Below are positions 12,796-25,482 of a DNA stretch of 64,000 nt, piece after piece. Within the stretch, counting starts at the first letter, position 1. The number at the start of each line of letters is the position of its first letter. The position numbers were made by a program, and so were the translations under genes. The notes below the pieces were generated by a model, which ran no database searches, was not told the origin of the DNA, and worked only from the letters and a program-made list of their open reading frames with translations. This stretch comes from Lophium mytilinum (lineage: Eukaryota), in NCBI GenBank assembly GCA_010093605.1, contig MU004187.1, positions 1,248,018 to 1,312,017 of the forward strand. The letters are read 5' to 3'.

Positions 12796-14374
12796 ATGCG
12801 TACCTCAACACTCCTTCTTCCTGTACTCGGGGCGCTCTTTGTAAATGCCTGTGATACAGAGCTACCATGTGATGGTGACTACGCTTTGAACACGACCTCC
12901 ATTCGGAAGCGAGTCACTGGCACTGGCCCTGTGCATCTCGCATCCTACAAAACATGGACCGCATCGACCAGCAGCTGCTGGAGGTACGTCTTGCCCTCGA
13001 CATCTTTTCAACAAGTGCTAATCATATTAACAGTGATCTTACCGGTGGTCTTCGTGCCCTTGATAGCCCCGCCAACGGAATCGATTCGGACCACTTCACT
13101 GTTGAGTCTTGTTTGAATGCCTGCGAAGCGGCTGGCTTCAAGCTTGCCGGTGTCGAATATAGCCACGAGTGCTGTAAGTTTTCAAAGCTCTACTCCTGTT
13201 CAATTGCTGATCAACTTACTTCAGACTGCGGTAATACCTTGATTGGAAACAACCGACCAATTTCCGATGCTACTTGTAACATGCCTTGCTCAGGTAAGAC
13301 TGTGCCCCGACAGCTATAAAGCTCTCTCTGACCAGTCAAAGGCAACGCGAATGAGCTATGCGGCGGTCCAGGTGCTCTCAACCTCTATATCAAGGACAAC
13401 TACGTCTTCACGACCGGTCCAGCATCTGTCCTCGCTAGCTACAAAGGCTACGCAAAGACTCAATGCTGGCAGTGAGTCCACCATCAAATTTTCCTAACGG
13501 GTTCATACTAAGCCATTCCAGGGACCCAGATATCTCCCACCGTATCCTGCCTGCCAGCCCCTCCACTTCTCTCAGCGGCGACGCCATGACGGTCGAAAAA
13601 TGCATCGACGCCTGCGCCGCAGACGGCTACTCCTCCGCCGGCCTCGAATACGCGCGCGAATGCTACTGCGGCAACGTCGCCTACCCCATCGGCCAGAGCA
13701 CCGACCTCTCCGACTGCGACATGGCCTGCCTCGGCGACGCCTCCGAGAACTGCGGCGGCCGCAACCGCATGATCGTATACAACAAGCCCGCCACGCCCGT
13801 CACCGTCACCAAAAAAGGAATCGTCCAAGTCACCAACACCGCTAACGGCCAATCGCTCGGCTTCCTGAACAAAAACGCGTTGAACGCTGCGCAGTACAGC
13901 TACACGAACCTCCAAGGCAACGCCCTGTCGATCCAATTCGACGTGCCGTCCACCGCCGGCGCCACTTTCACCAACATCCGCATCACTGCCCTGAACGGCA
14001 ATACGGGCTTCCCCCTGCTCGGCCTCGTCCAGGGTCGCGACGACAACACCGCAGCGCTGGCTGTCGGCTCCTACAACTATGTGTACGTCGCCGGCGTCAA
14101 CGGCGCGCCGGCGGGAAGCCCGCCGCAGACGGGCACCAACTCTTATACTGCCGTGACTGGCACCGCTCGCAAGTTCGAGTCGGATGTGTGGACGCTGACG
14201 CTGGCCACGGGCGCGCTGGCGCCGCAGTGGATCAATCCAGACGGCGGAAAGCCTGCAACGGTGCTCTTCGGCCAGAGCACAGCGGTCTATGGCGGCGGGG
14301 ACTCGGCGCAGTTCTTGGTGAGGTATCCGGCGCCGATTACCCCTCTGGCGTTGACGTTCGTGGAGCAAGCGTAA
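12796..14374 (+). CDS. Secreted protein with two WSC domains and an unassigned C-terminal domain (multi-exon)
   Basis: Signal peptide MRTSTLLLPVLGALFVNA; WSC patterns TVESCLNAC...AGVEYSHEC...CNMPCSG..ELCGG and MTVEKCIDAC...AGLEYARECYCG...CDMACLG..ENCGG. Confidence 0.85.
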
Positions 14375-15232
14375 AGGTGAAAAGGCTGTGTTTGGTAGTG
14401 TTGCAAAATGGACTGTGTTAATGTGCATGGGTCGAACCTGCTTGCAAGGTGTTGCGTGATATGAGAGGCGAATCTGAAGGATGTGAGAATAATATGCTCG
14501 TGAAGGTGACACCTGGGGAGGCCATGAAGCTATACGTGCAGGGGTGGTGTCGGGACTTTTGGGGTGAGAGCAAAGCAATGGTATACATAATACGAGTTGC
14601 GTGCTCAGGAAGTAGTGTTGTTGGCGTCAAGACGCCATTCTGTGGACAGCTTTCTACCCGCGTCTGACGGAGGACCTGAAGAGCTTAACAGTCTTTCAAA
14701 ACGCAATGCTGGGATCGTGCCTCGTTTCTCGAGACTGAGTTGCAGCATTGCAAGCAGTAATAGGAAGGTGTACACATTTCTTCAAAGCAATGCGAGAGAT
14801 AAAGCTAGTATAATTAATTCAATTGACTCATAAACTTTATACATACAGACAGAGGCTTGACCCCTCGCCCTATTAAGTGGCTGTGCCACTGATGATGAAA
14901 ACCACTCGCACTTTTTACTATTGTTACACCTGAAGGTTGAGGCATCAATGATGATCCTCACCAAAAAGAGCCGAAATCATTCCTCGCTATGCAATTTAAC
15001 AGGGGGTATAAGACGTAGTCGTCGTGATTCGCAAAAAGAAGAACACAAGGTGCAAGTTCAAGGGGCAGTACCAAGCCCAAAAGGTACTGGGACGGAGTTT
15101 GTAGAATAAAGATAAGAATTAAAGAAAAGGTAGCAAGACCAGGAGTGCCAAAGGATAATGAGAAGGAAAAAGGCTGAGGGTGCAAGTTTGATGTGCAAGA
15201 AAAGTGTACACAAGAGCACGCGCTGGTGTCTT

Positions 15233-17167
15233 TTAATGTGGTGATGTGGGAGGGCTGATGTGGTCGAACACAAAGTATGAAAGGGCTCGAACTCTAGGCG
15301 GCGTAGAACCAGACTGGTCGGAATCGTCGGATGGTGGAGTGGGCATCCCGTCCAAGACGAAGTCCATATCACCGGTGTCATGCTGACGCAATGGGCTCGG
15401 CTTGGTTGGCGTGTAATTCTGGTGGAGGGAGGAATACTTGCGCTTGGCAGGTTGGGTAGTAGGTGTTGATGATGCTTGCTGACGAGGCGTATTAGACAGT
15501 GCAGGCAGCTCTGCATGAGCAGGAATGGGAGCTGGGGGAGGAGACTGCGTCCATGATGGTTGTGAAGAGCGGGCCGGAGGATCGGTCGCAAAGATGTTAG
15601 GAGAGGATATCGGAGTGGTGGATTCTGGAGCAGACGACGAAGCCGGAACAAACGGAGTTGAGATAGATGCAGCAGAGGGAGTCGAAGCAGACGGAGCTAA
15701 GGCTGACGAGGCTGCAGCTGGTGAAGCTACAGCAGGAGGGGCGAAAATATTCCGAGCCTTTGGAGTAGAAGCCCTTGAAGTGGTCGAGCTGACAATGGAG
15801 GGTCTCGGGGTGATGTCGGAGGATTGTGGAGTGGTTGCGGTAGCAGCGAAGGGCTTTGGAGTGGTCAGGTTGCTCGCGCTGGGTCTGCTCGGTGTCTCTA
15901 CGACGGTCTCTTCGTCAGACAAGGTCGTGTCGTCGTCGAAAAGACCGTATCTTCCATCACGGCTATCTGGCGTCTTGAGAACAGACGTCGCAGCATGGTC
16001 CTGATCGAATACATTTCCACCCTGATACTCACCCTCACTGTTGTCGAAGATAGGTGATGGCACGGCCGCTGAGCGTGGTTGAGTATCGTTCCTCAAGACC
16101 GAAGCACCAAGCGAGTTCGCAAAGGCAGGTCGGGGAGTGGTAGCGTCGAAAGGTGTGGATGTCATATGATTCAACTTGCGTCGTTTGATTGGGCGCTCGT
16201 GGGGTAGTCTGGCCAGCTGCTCCATCTTCCAGACGAGGATGAATTCCTTGGGAAATCCGTAGTCGGTCATGGTAGTGTCATCATCGGAGTCATCGATAAA
16301 GCCACCGTAAAGGCCGAACGTGCCTTGTCCTTCCTTCCACGGTGGGTTGGCGGGGATCGACTCCATTTCGTCAAGGTCGGGGAAGTCATAGCGGTTGGTG
16401 TTGTTGGTCAAGAAAGCGTAAAGATGCTCTAGTTTCAGCAAGCTGAGGGTACGGTCGAGCCAATCAAGGGCAATTTGGTGATCTCCCTCAGGTACTTTCT
16501 TCAGGATCTCCTGCTGGAAGGAGAGCCTCAGAAGTGTTTTGAGCATTCTGCGGTCCTTTTGCTCGTAGGCCAGTTTAGCCTTTTCTTCTTTTGACATTCT
16601 CCTCGCCGGTGGGAGGGCGCTCGAGGGATGTAGAGGCGTGTTGACTTTACGGGCACTACGCATCGGTGCCGGCGCCGTCATGGGTGGTGGTGGAGGTGTT
16701 GCGGCAAATGCCGCCATGGGTGTTGTGGGTGCTGGTGTTTTGAGCGCTGGGAAGGGGAGGTTTTTGGCGACTCGGCGCACAGTGTCGGTAATCAGGGCGC
16801 TCACGGAGAAGCCCCAATTCGGCACCTTTGGGGGTGGTGGTGGCGTCTGGGGATGAGCAGGCTCATCGACGGCGGTAGTTTTTTCCTCTTCTTCCAGAAC
16901 AGCAGCTGGGCGCGCATCAGTGACGGCCGGAGATGGTACTGAGTGAATCGGTGGTGGAGAAAGTTCCTCCCTACCCGGCTCTGGTTCCGGCTCCTCAACC
17001 ACTACTGCAGGAGCGGCCTTCTCAGTCTTGCGCTTAGTAGTACGCGCAACCCTTGAGATCGGGAGTGGTGGCCCTAGGGGCCCTAGGGGCTTCTTCGCAA
17101 TGCGCGTCGACCTTCGAGTCGGCATTGGCGCGGGTTCCGAAGCATTCTTCAAGCGTTTAGGGGCCAT
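15233..17167 (-). CDS. Hypothetical Pro/Ser/Thr-rich, largely disordered protein with basic N-terminus
   Basis: Uninterrupted ORF of >640 codons from MAPKRLKN; NLS-like PIKRRK; no recognisable domain. Confidence 0.7.
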   Translation of the reverse strand: MAPKRLKNASEPAPMPTRRSTRIAKKPLGPLGPPLPISRVARTTKRKTEKAAPAVVVEEPEPEPGREELSPPPIHSVPSPAVTDARPAAVLEEEEKTTAVDEPAHPQTPPPPPKVPNWGFSVSALITDTVRRVAKNLPFPALKTPAPTTPMAAFAATPPPPPMTAPAPMRSARKVNTPLHPSSALPPARRMSKEEKAKLAYEQKDRRMLKTLLRLSFQQEILKKVPEGDHQIALDWLDRTLSLLKLEHLYAFLTNNTNRYDFPDLDEMESIPANPPWKEGQGTFGLYGGFIDDSDDDTTMTDYGFPKEFILVWKMEQLARLPHERPIKRRKLNHMTSTPFDATTPRPAFANSLGASVLRNDTQPRSAAVPSPIFDNSEGEYQGGNVFDQDHAATSVLKTPDSRDGRYGLFDDDTTLSDEETVVETPSRPSASNLTTPKPFAATATTPQSSDITPRPSIVSSTTSRASTPKARNIFAPPAVASPAAASSALAPSASTPSAASISTPFVPASSSAPESTTPISSPNIFATDPPARSSQPSWTQSPPPAPIPAHAELPALSNTPRQQASSTPTTQPAKRKYSSLHQNYTPTKPSPLRQHDTGDMDFVLDGMPTPPSDDSDQSGSTPPRVRALSYFVFDHISPPTSPH

Positions 17168-18318
17168 TATTGCTGTATTGTGGTGGTGTCTGAGTTGATG
17201 ATGTGGACGATGGAGTGTGTTGTTGACAACGACGGAAGTTGCGCCGGGGAAAGGTGCAGAAAATAACCTACGTGCTGGGCGGTGAGGCGCTTTGCTCACC
17301 CGATGGACTGAGCGTCGTGTGGCTGTTTGTGGCTAGTGAGGCCTCACGTTGCCCTCACCTGGGGCTTTAGGTACTTAGGTAACCCCAATGAAATGATTTT
17401 AAATAATGACTAGCAGTGGTGGTTAGTGTATACATGTAAAGCAGCGCTCTAGCAATTTAAGCAAAAGTCGTCTCCTTTATATAGACTTTGTGATCGCTTG
17501 AATAGCACTTGTAACAGTGAATGCAAAGAGGTGTCAAATGGTATATTTGTAGTGAAAGACATATATCGTAGCCGTGAGAAGCTAAAACAACCCCTTTCAA
17601 ATTAGCTTGCGTGTTATTTCACTCTAACAAGGCATGTATGGCTTTGATGTGTCCCCAACCCCTGCGATCGGATTTCTTTACGGGTGCATAGATCCGTAGC
17701 CAGTATGTAGAACATCCAAAATTCCCAGTATATTTCAGATTTTCAGGGGAACAGTCTACAAGGATCAAACATGTGTTAGGAATACACTAACAACGCATGT
17801 ATATAACCTCGAAATACCCCCCCACCCCGAGAGTCGTAAGTCTTTCAGGTATGCAAAGATGTCTAGTTCGTATGTTGGACATCCAAGACAACAATCTACA
17901 AGCCCTCACCAAGGGCGCCTACGTGCAAAATATGCAACATTTACAGTCACGGCACGGCGGGACACATGCGCCCCTTTACGCCGCCAAGAAGGCAGACTCT
18001 GACATCACGTCGTGTCAGGTCGGGTGCGGTGATGCAATAAGTAGGAGGCGCTTCTGAGACTGAGTGAATCTACGCTCCGCTCGCAACCGAGCTGAGTATC
18101 AATCGTCCGAGCAGCCAGCCGTTAAAAATCGCCCGAGTAATAGTTCTTACACAGTGCCCGTGTCGCGAAACTTACCGGACCCTTTGAACTGCTGATTCTC
18201 GTGCTCGTTGCACACCGACCGAACGCCTTTGGGGATGGGTAAGCTGGTACAAAAGTCAAAGGAAACGACAGCCATGATTAATCTCTAGTTCCGAGCCACA
18301 AAACTTTCCAGGGATGCT

Positions 18319-19763
18319 CTAGTTGTAGTCGAACAATACGCTGATGCTCTCGCCGTGGTGCACCCGGCGAATAGCCTAAGAGAAGTTAGGGGAAACGGGG
18401 GTTTGGGAAGCAGTGGTGATGCTGACCTCTGCGAACACATTTCCGACCTCTAGGACCTCAAGCTTTGGGCATCTTCTCTGGTGTTCTGCCTGGTCCACAC
18501 TGTTGGTCACGACGACCTTGTCCAACGCGCTTGCGTTTATTCGATCAATGGCATCGCCGCTGAGGATGCCGTGAGTGACAAGAGCATACACAGTAGTCGC
18601 GCCCTCTTTTTTCAAGAGCTTCGCGGCTCGAGTTATGGTATTGGAAGTATCTGCCAAATCGTCGATAAGAATAGCAGTGCGGTCTGCAACGTCACCGACA
18701 AGCATCATCGTAGCATTCTGGCGTTCGCTGATCTGTGTCGGGCGGCGCTCCTTGGTGTTGGGTTAGCTGCAGCCGTCGGGCACGAGAAAAAAAAGATGCT
18801 ACAAACCTTGTGAATCAGCGCGAAAGGCATTCCAAGAGCGTCCGCAATCGCCGTTGCTCTCTTTGCTCCTCCGGCGTCCGGACTCACGATGACGGCCTGC
18901 TGGTAATTGGGTATGCTGTATTGAACATACTTCCTGAGCAGATGGCGGCCGTACAGATTGTCGACGGGGATGTCGAAGAAGCCTTGATACTGCGGATCGT
19001 GCAAGTCCATAGTGATGACATGGTCCGTACCCGCGCAAGTAAGCAGGTCTGCGACCAACGTACCAGCCTGCGCCACCCACTGCTTGTATCCTGGCTGTGG
19101 TTGGAATGGAGGTGGCTTGGTGGTCTGCCTGGCCACGGAGTGGGTCCCATTGACACCGTTGGCATAAGCAGACCCCTTCTCAGACTTCTCATTGGAGTCC
19201 GATTTGTCGGATCTGGACGAGTCCAGTGTGTCACTACGGGGAGGCTTGACGGGGCTGTTGGGATGGGAGGTGCCATTCCGGCGGTCGTCCATCTTGAGAC
19301 GGCCGAGTTTATTGTGTAGGGCATCAGTGCCCGTGTTGATACCGACACTTTCCTGTTGCCCCGGGTAGGGGGTCTGTGGGCGGCTATCAAAGGTGTAGTT
19401 GCCGGTCCGCGGATTAGAATTCGAGGCCTTTGCGAGTGGGGCGCCAGTCTTGTTGTAGGGTATGTCGCTCTGCCTCGAGTACGGGAAGAGCGGCAGCACG
19501 GCTGTGATGCGCTTTGCAGAGGCAGTCCGGCAGGCTGAGACGGTGATGAGCAGCTCCATCAAGTGGTCGTTGACCTTGCCGCCACCCGATTGGATGATGA
19601 AGACGTCCTTTCCGCGCACCGAGTCCATGATCTCGACGCGGGTTTCGCCCACAGCAAACTTTGCGAGCAAGATTTTGGCCGGTGGAATGCCGAGGTGGCC
19701 GCAGATGGTCTCCGTAAGGTGGGGGTGGGAGCTGCCCCCAATGATGACAATGTTGCGAACCAT
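18319..19763 (-). CDS. Ribose-phosphate pyrophosphokinase (PRPP synthetase) with internal non-homologous insertion (Prs5-like), 2 introns
   Basis: PLFPYSRQ, ITMDLHDPQYQGFFDIPVDNL, VSPDAGGAKRA, LIDDLADTSNT, AIRRVHHGESISVLF. Confidence 0.93.
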
Positions 19764-20330
19764 GGCGACGTGAGGTCCACGGCTTGTGAGCGGGGAGGAG
19801 AAAGGAGGAGGAAGAAGAGCACGAGTGAAGATGTATGGCGTGCTTGGGCGGTCGAGATTGCTTGTCGTCTGGGCAAGACAAAGCGAGGTGGGGGACAGTG
19901 GCACAGGCAGGGGCGGGTAGCTACTGGAGAGCAGTAGACAGGCTGCACTGTGGCAGGCAGTCTGAGGGCGAGACTGGGCTGGAAGGGCGGGTCATGGTGT
20001 TGAGTCGGAGTCGCGAGCTGTGACGAAAGGTAGAGCTTGGGATGCTAGAATACGGTGGACTGCACGACCTGAAAATTTCTTTATACGGAGCATCCCAGGT
20101 TGCAAGACGCACAACACAGGCACCTGCATGCAACGGCTGAGGCCTCTCCGCATTATGGCGTTCCCCCAGGCGGGCTCCCTGGAGCGCTCTGCAGGCTGGA
20201 GAAGACCTCGGGAGTCATACCTAGGAGTCAATTGCATTTCTACGAGAGCTGCCCCGTGTCCTCCATCGCCAGACAAAGCGTGCATTCACCATCCGGCAGT
20301 CTCCTCCGTGTTCTTCTACAGCCCCGCAGC

Positions 20331-20945
20331 ATGGCCGCCCGTTTGCAGCTCTTCGTGTCTCTCTCGTCGCCATTTGCACGCAAAGCCCGCATTGCCGTGT
20401 CGGCTCTGCGACTCGCCGCCGAAATCGACGTCCACGTCGTCAATCCCTGGACCGATACCGGCCTGCGGTCAATGAACCCGCTGTCCAAGGTGCCGACTCT
20501 CGTGCGTGCCGACGGCACCGCGCTCTATGACTCCCGTGTCATCGTCGAGTATCTCGAGTCCCTCTCCGCCCACCCGCTGCTACTCCCACGTGAGCCCGGC
20601 GAGCAACGCTGGCGGAATCTGCGTTTGCAGGCTATGGCCGACGACGCCTGCTCTGCTGCCGGGCGTCTCTATGCCGCTGAGCGGGATCTGAGGGGCCTCG
20701 ATGCCTTGCAGGCCGGGCGGGAGCGGTTGAGTGCTGCCGTGTTCTCCACACTAGATGCCCTCGAGAACGAGACACTCAGTGTCGAGCAGTGGCAACTAGG
20801 AGACATGTGTGCTGCCATCCTGCCCGGCTATTGCGTCTTCCGTTTCCCTGAACGCGATTGGAGAGAGGGTAGACCCAACCTTGCCAAGTTTGTAGAAGGC
20901 ATGGAGAGCTTAGCAGTGTTTCGGGAAAACCCTCATCAAGGATAG
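20331..20945 (+). CDS. Glutathione S-transferase, bacterial YibF-like type; intronless, 204 aa
   Basis: SSPFARKARI, NPLSKVPTL, LYDSRVIVEYLE N-terminal GST motifs; C-terminal FRFPERDWREGRPNL. Confidence 0.88.
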   Translation: MAARLQLFVSLSSPFARKARIAVSALRLAAEIDVHVVNPWTDTGLRSMNPLSKVPTLVRADGTALYDSRVIVEYLESLSAHPLLLPREPGEQRWRNLRLQAMADDACSAAGRLYAAERDLRGLDALQAGRERLSAAVFSTLDALENETLSVEQWQLGDMCAAILPGYCVFRFPERDWREGRPNLAKFVEGMESLAVFRENPHQG

Positions 20946-21244
20946 CTACCATGTATGTACCTCGCATCGAAATATACGTAGGCTGTACAATCTGTCTGGC
21001 TGAGCGGAATTTCGGGAAAACTCTTATCCAGAATAGCTGCTATGCACATATGTACCCACATCCAAATATAGGTTGTACTATTCGCAACTTAAATGTCTCC
21101 GGTAGACTTGTTATGCCAGACATCAGCACACTCTGCTCACCTAAGAACCATGAACAGTCTTCGACCATACGAAATCGTATCATACATCATCAAAAGCCCC
21201 CAACCCATCAGAAAAGCCCCACCTCATTAACCACTCCATCAACT

Positions 21245-22739
21245 TCATGTCCGATGCACACTCTCCTCATCACCATTGGACCGCGCCTCAAACGCCCTCT
21301 CCACCAGGATCCCTTTCGACGGCACTGTGTTCATGGCTTCCCACGTCTTCAGCGGTAGATGCTCTATACTCGTTCTTTGCACTATAGTATCCCTATGACT
21401 CGAACATCAGCTTGAGCATCTCGTTACAAGTTATGCAATCTTGCTTACATCCCATATGAGGACGTCGAAGAGTACATCCCCTCATGGGACGATGGACTCT
21501 TCCTACTACCATCATCGCTGATGATATATCCGGACCGGCTTCGTCCACTACTTCCAGACCTGGAACCTTTAAAGCTTGGGATGAGCGGGCGCAGCATTGG
21601 CAAGCATGCGCCGATGATCTGGAGTGCAGCTTGGATCATAGGCCAGTACACGATGGGAGTGAGGAAGTAGGATACGTCAGGCTCGAGCTCGAGTTCTGTA
21701 CGGCGCATAAGTTGCTGAGATCGAGCACTTGCTTTTGAGACTTACGGTGGCCGACGAAGTTGAAGATGATCATCTTGGCGCAACTTGCTGCTACAGCCCT
21801 GTGATACATCAGCGTTAAGTATGAAAAATCTTTGGAACGGCTCACATGACTCCTAGCAGGAAGATGCAACAGACTGCTATCTTTTGCTTCACTGGTAGGT
21901 GCAACTTCCATACTATCATGGGCGACGTCAGTTCAGAGTATCCAGAAGAGAGCTGCCAAAGTCATACTTAGAGGAAGAGGCACTATCAGGATCAGCGCAT
22001 CAAGCACCAGATCGGAATATACTTGCGACAAGTACATCGGGACGGCATCGATACAGTGTTTGCGGTCAAGGTTTATGCCTGGCGCATTGATGAAGGAATG
22101 TGAGATTGGGACACATTCGAGCAGGTTCGCAAAGAAGTAACCAATCATCCACATCGAAACGAGAGCGATGAGCGCCCAATTGATGATGTTGAAGGTGCGT
22201 CCTCGGAATATCCTGTTGTAGAATAGCAAGACGGAGATCTTTGCCGGGCCGATAGCAAAGATCTGGCTGAGCTGCCCTGCCCAGAGCATCTAGCGTCGAT
22301 GAGTATGAATGTATGTATGTAACGTCAACACATACCTTCAAGAACCAAATATACCGTGGATCATCGAATACAGGACGATTATGATCGAACTTCATATGTT
22401 GGCCCTGATTCCCCAGAGCCGTACCTGAGACGAATTAGCGCCGTCGAAGCCATTATACGAGACGCGGGAAGGGAATAGGTACTTACCTATGACCATGAAC
22501 ACGCCCGTAAGGTAAGTGAAGAACTGCAAACCCCAGTAAGCAGCCATCTAAATCAAGGTGTCTTGATTGACTCAACTCACCAGCGCCACCATGATCAGCC
22601 AATCGTCCCACAACAGGGCGTTCTTCTTCAGCCTCCGAGCATAGAACCTCAGCGCCGTAAAGAACGTCGGCAGCAGAGACAGCACCGCTGCGAGCGCATA
22701 CTGCTGGCCAGGTGACTGAGCCGGCGTCGAGAAAGCCAT
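21245..22739 (-). CDS. PTH11-like (fungal rhodopsin-domain) integral membrane protein without CFEM
   Basis: LRFYAR...DDWLI, AKISVLLFYNRIF, LECVPIS, D.LILIVPLP, IIGACLPMLRPL. The last intron (GTAAGC...CATAG) gives an in-frame tail ...KGILVERAFEARS...HRT*. Confidence 0.85.
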
Positions 22740-23622
22740 GAGCACAATGCAATACCTCGGTAGGCAGTACGTGCCTTTCTGTTGTTGGAAGAAAGAACGA
22801 CGGGAAGGGGAAACTGCACAGCACAACAGCTAAAAATTGGCAGGTCGTAAATGCGTATATCGATGGCCAGCTCAGGGCGCGCCGGCAGGCTCCCTCATAT
22901 GACGAGAGGAGAAAAGTGATAAGGGAAATACGGGGTACACGATTTGGCGTAGCACGGGCGAGCGCTCGCCATCCCCGTGACTGGCGCCCACCTGGTGGCG
23001 GAGAGACACGTCTCTAAGAGTGTGGGACAGGCGATGGGAAGGGGCACCTCTAGTAACGTGTGCGACAGAGGTAGCTGACGACCAATGGTATTACGATCGC
23101 GCTGGCAAGGTGCTGCTGCATCGCAAGCTGCAAATGGCGGCTATACGGGGCCATTGAGGAGGCTGGCTCAGCGCTAGGAACACCACGGATATGCTTACGA
23201 GTTCGATGTCCGCGATATTCGGTAGCCAACAGGCGGCAGAAGATGTGTGCTGGCAGCGGTGTGCAGGAAAGGGAGGCAGCGGGGTTGGTGTTGTGCAGCA
23301 TAGGACGTCCACTTTGGGTTCGGTCATCTGGTTTGATCGATGCGTTCCAAGGGTACCGACATGCAAGGATAGGTCGCACGGCGACGGTTGCGGTGCGACG
23401 AGGCTGCAAGAGACGACGTGCCTGGTCCACGGCCATGGGCGGCTACAAGGTGATAGCTGTCGGAGATGATGGACTTGAGATCCCTCGCGTATTCAGTGAC
23501 ACCTCTGCTGATAAGTTGTTGGTTGAGAGAGTTTCCGGAGGTCGCTTGCTGTGTACTCGTATACGATCTGTTACCCAGTCTGTGATTATTTCGTCCTCCT
23601 CTTTTCGAGTCGCAAGATGCGT

Positions 23623-24430
23623 ATGCCGTTGACTGGACCCATTTACTCGAAATACGACTCCTTGTCTGAACGCGAACTCCATCATGAACTCAGGCGGAAC
23701 CCTAATGCGACTCTTATCATACTGCTCATAGTCACAGCAGTTGTTGCTTCGACATTAGGATTTTATGCTGGGAGAAACTCAATCAAAGCCACAGACGAAG
23801 GATTACTATGTGCGGTGTTCCAACAGAGAGAGACAAAACAAAAATGTTGACCCTGATCAGTACCGCCCGGCAAGGTCCACCAAGTCTGGCACCACAACGA
23901 AACATTCTCTCAAAAGCCTACTCCACAATCGGAAGCAGCGTGGAATTCCTTAGCCCCAAGTAAGATGCTTATTCGAATTGAGAAGTAGAGGTTAACGGAG
24001 CACAGTCGGACGTGGATTCGTGTATCACCCCGTTGTATCTCCTATCGTTTCGGGAATCACCGTATTCCACCAGCTTCACTGCGTGGTAAGTTTCCCTAGC
24101 TGCACTTTTCGTCTCCCCTAACAGTAGCAGCACGGCCTCCGGCTCGCCTACTACATCATTACCCACCAGCTCGAAAGCTTGAACGGATCTCACACTAACG
24201 ACACATTTCTTAACACAATCGCTGCGCGTACAAACATCGGGCACATCCGCCATTGCTTCGACTACCTCCGCCAATCGATCATGTGCGCTGCGGATACGAA
24301 TTTCGAGACGGTGGACCAGGAACACCACACCGTGAATGGGTGGGGATCGGAGCGGCAGTGTCGGGACTATGGCGAGGTTGTTCGGTGGGCAGAGCTATGG
24401 CGGAACGACTCGTCGAGTGGAATTCTCTAA
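23623..24430 (+). CDS. DUF3328/UstYa-family oxidase #1 (3 introns)
   Basis: N-terminal TM helix; spliced AAWNSLAP.GRGF, VFHQLHCV and HIRHCFDYLRQSIMCAADT (twin HxxHC), GWG..RQCRDY. Alternative ATG at 23617. Confidence 0.93.
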
Positions 24431-24489
24431 GTAGATGAGGATGTTTGTTATTAAAAAGAAATGGCGGTGGTGGTAGGAGTAATGAAACA

Positions 24490-25482
24490 TTATTCCCCGC
24501 TAGCGGGAGCAAGGATAGACCAGTCCGACATGTCTACCATTCTACTCCTCGCCCAAATATCTAAAACGTCCCAATTGACGCATTCGTGGTCGCTGTAGAC
24601 GGTTGAAAAGGGTTTGTCGTCTGCCCAACGAAAGGTACTAGGATGTGTGAGCGTAGGACTTTGAAGATTTCGATGGCGATCTACCTCAGAGTTGTATCGC
24701 CCCTGCACATTGCAGCCTCTCGCCAGTATTCCAAGCAATGATCTAAACAAGGTTGAGATATAGTTGTACGGTTCGGTGCTTGGATAGCCGCCTACGCACC
24801 GATGTGAGGTCCTTCTCGGAGTCGTTCATCTTCCGTCATATCTGGGTAGTAATGATCGAGGTAAAAATGCCGTCGAATACGCTTCTGCAGATGTGTTAGC
24901 TAGTGCCTATTCTAGCCCAGTTTCTTCAGGGATCATACAATACAGTGTAGTTCGTGATATACCGCCGTCTCAGCGATAAAACCAGAGCCATCTCTGAGCG
25001 CGATGGAGGTCTCATTGATCTTAGCAAGCTCGTCTCGGGCAATTCGAATAGTGATTGCTGAATTGTACATCAGTAAAATTTCGAGATCTGTTAGAGAGGG
25101 CAAGCGTACGTTCAATTAATCGACGCCAAGCTTGATCATGCTCTGGACGTGGAACGCCGGTGTATACATTGTTTTTAATGTTTCTGACGAGTCTCTTCTT
25201 CTCGTACCGGATTGCACTCCGCGCTGGTGCTTGACGGATGTTAGACTCGGCGGTCGACGGAATCGAGGAGGCCTAGGACTCACAGTAGACGAGTTGTGGC
25301 CTGATGCATTCTGAAGGCGATGTGTTCAACCAAAGACCGATGAAGAAGAAATTGCAAAGGATTAAAAGAGCATAAATAAGTATGTGCTTATGAGATCTCT
25401 GGGAGAGGAACAGTGTGGAAGGGTCAGATGGTCCATCTTCGGAATCGAAAGTAGACAGTCTCTTATATTCCTTCTTATCCAT
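24490..25482 (-). CDS. DUF3328/UstYa-family oxidase #2 (multi-exon)
   Basis: N-terminal TM helix; AVYHELHCI/KRIRR, HID/HCLEYWREAAMCRGDTTL, HECVNWD..W motifs. Confidence 0.92.

Noticed and set aside
13508..14578. 356-aa minus-strand ORF
   Set aside because: Antisense shadow of the GC3-rich WSC exon.
19090..19440. Long Ser/Pro/Asn-rich insertion in the PRPP synthetase as a novelty or intein
   Set aside because: Non-homologous insertions are a known feature of fungal Prs1/Prs5; no intein terminal motifs.
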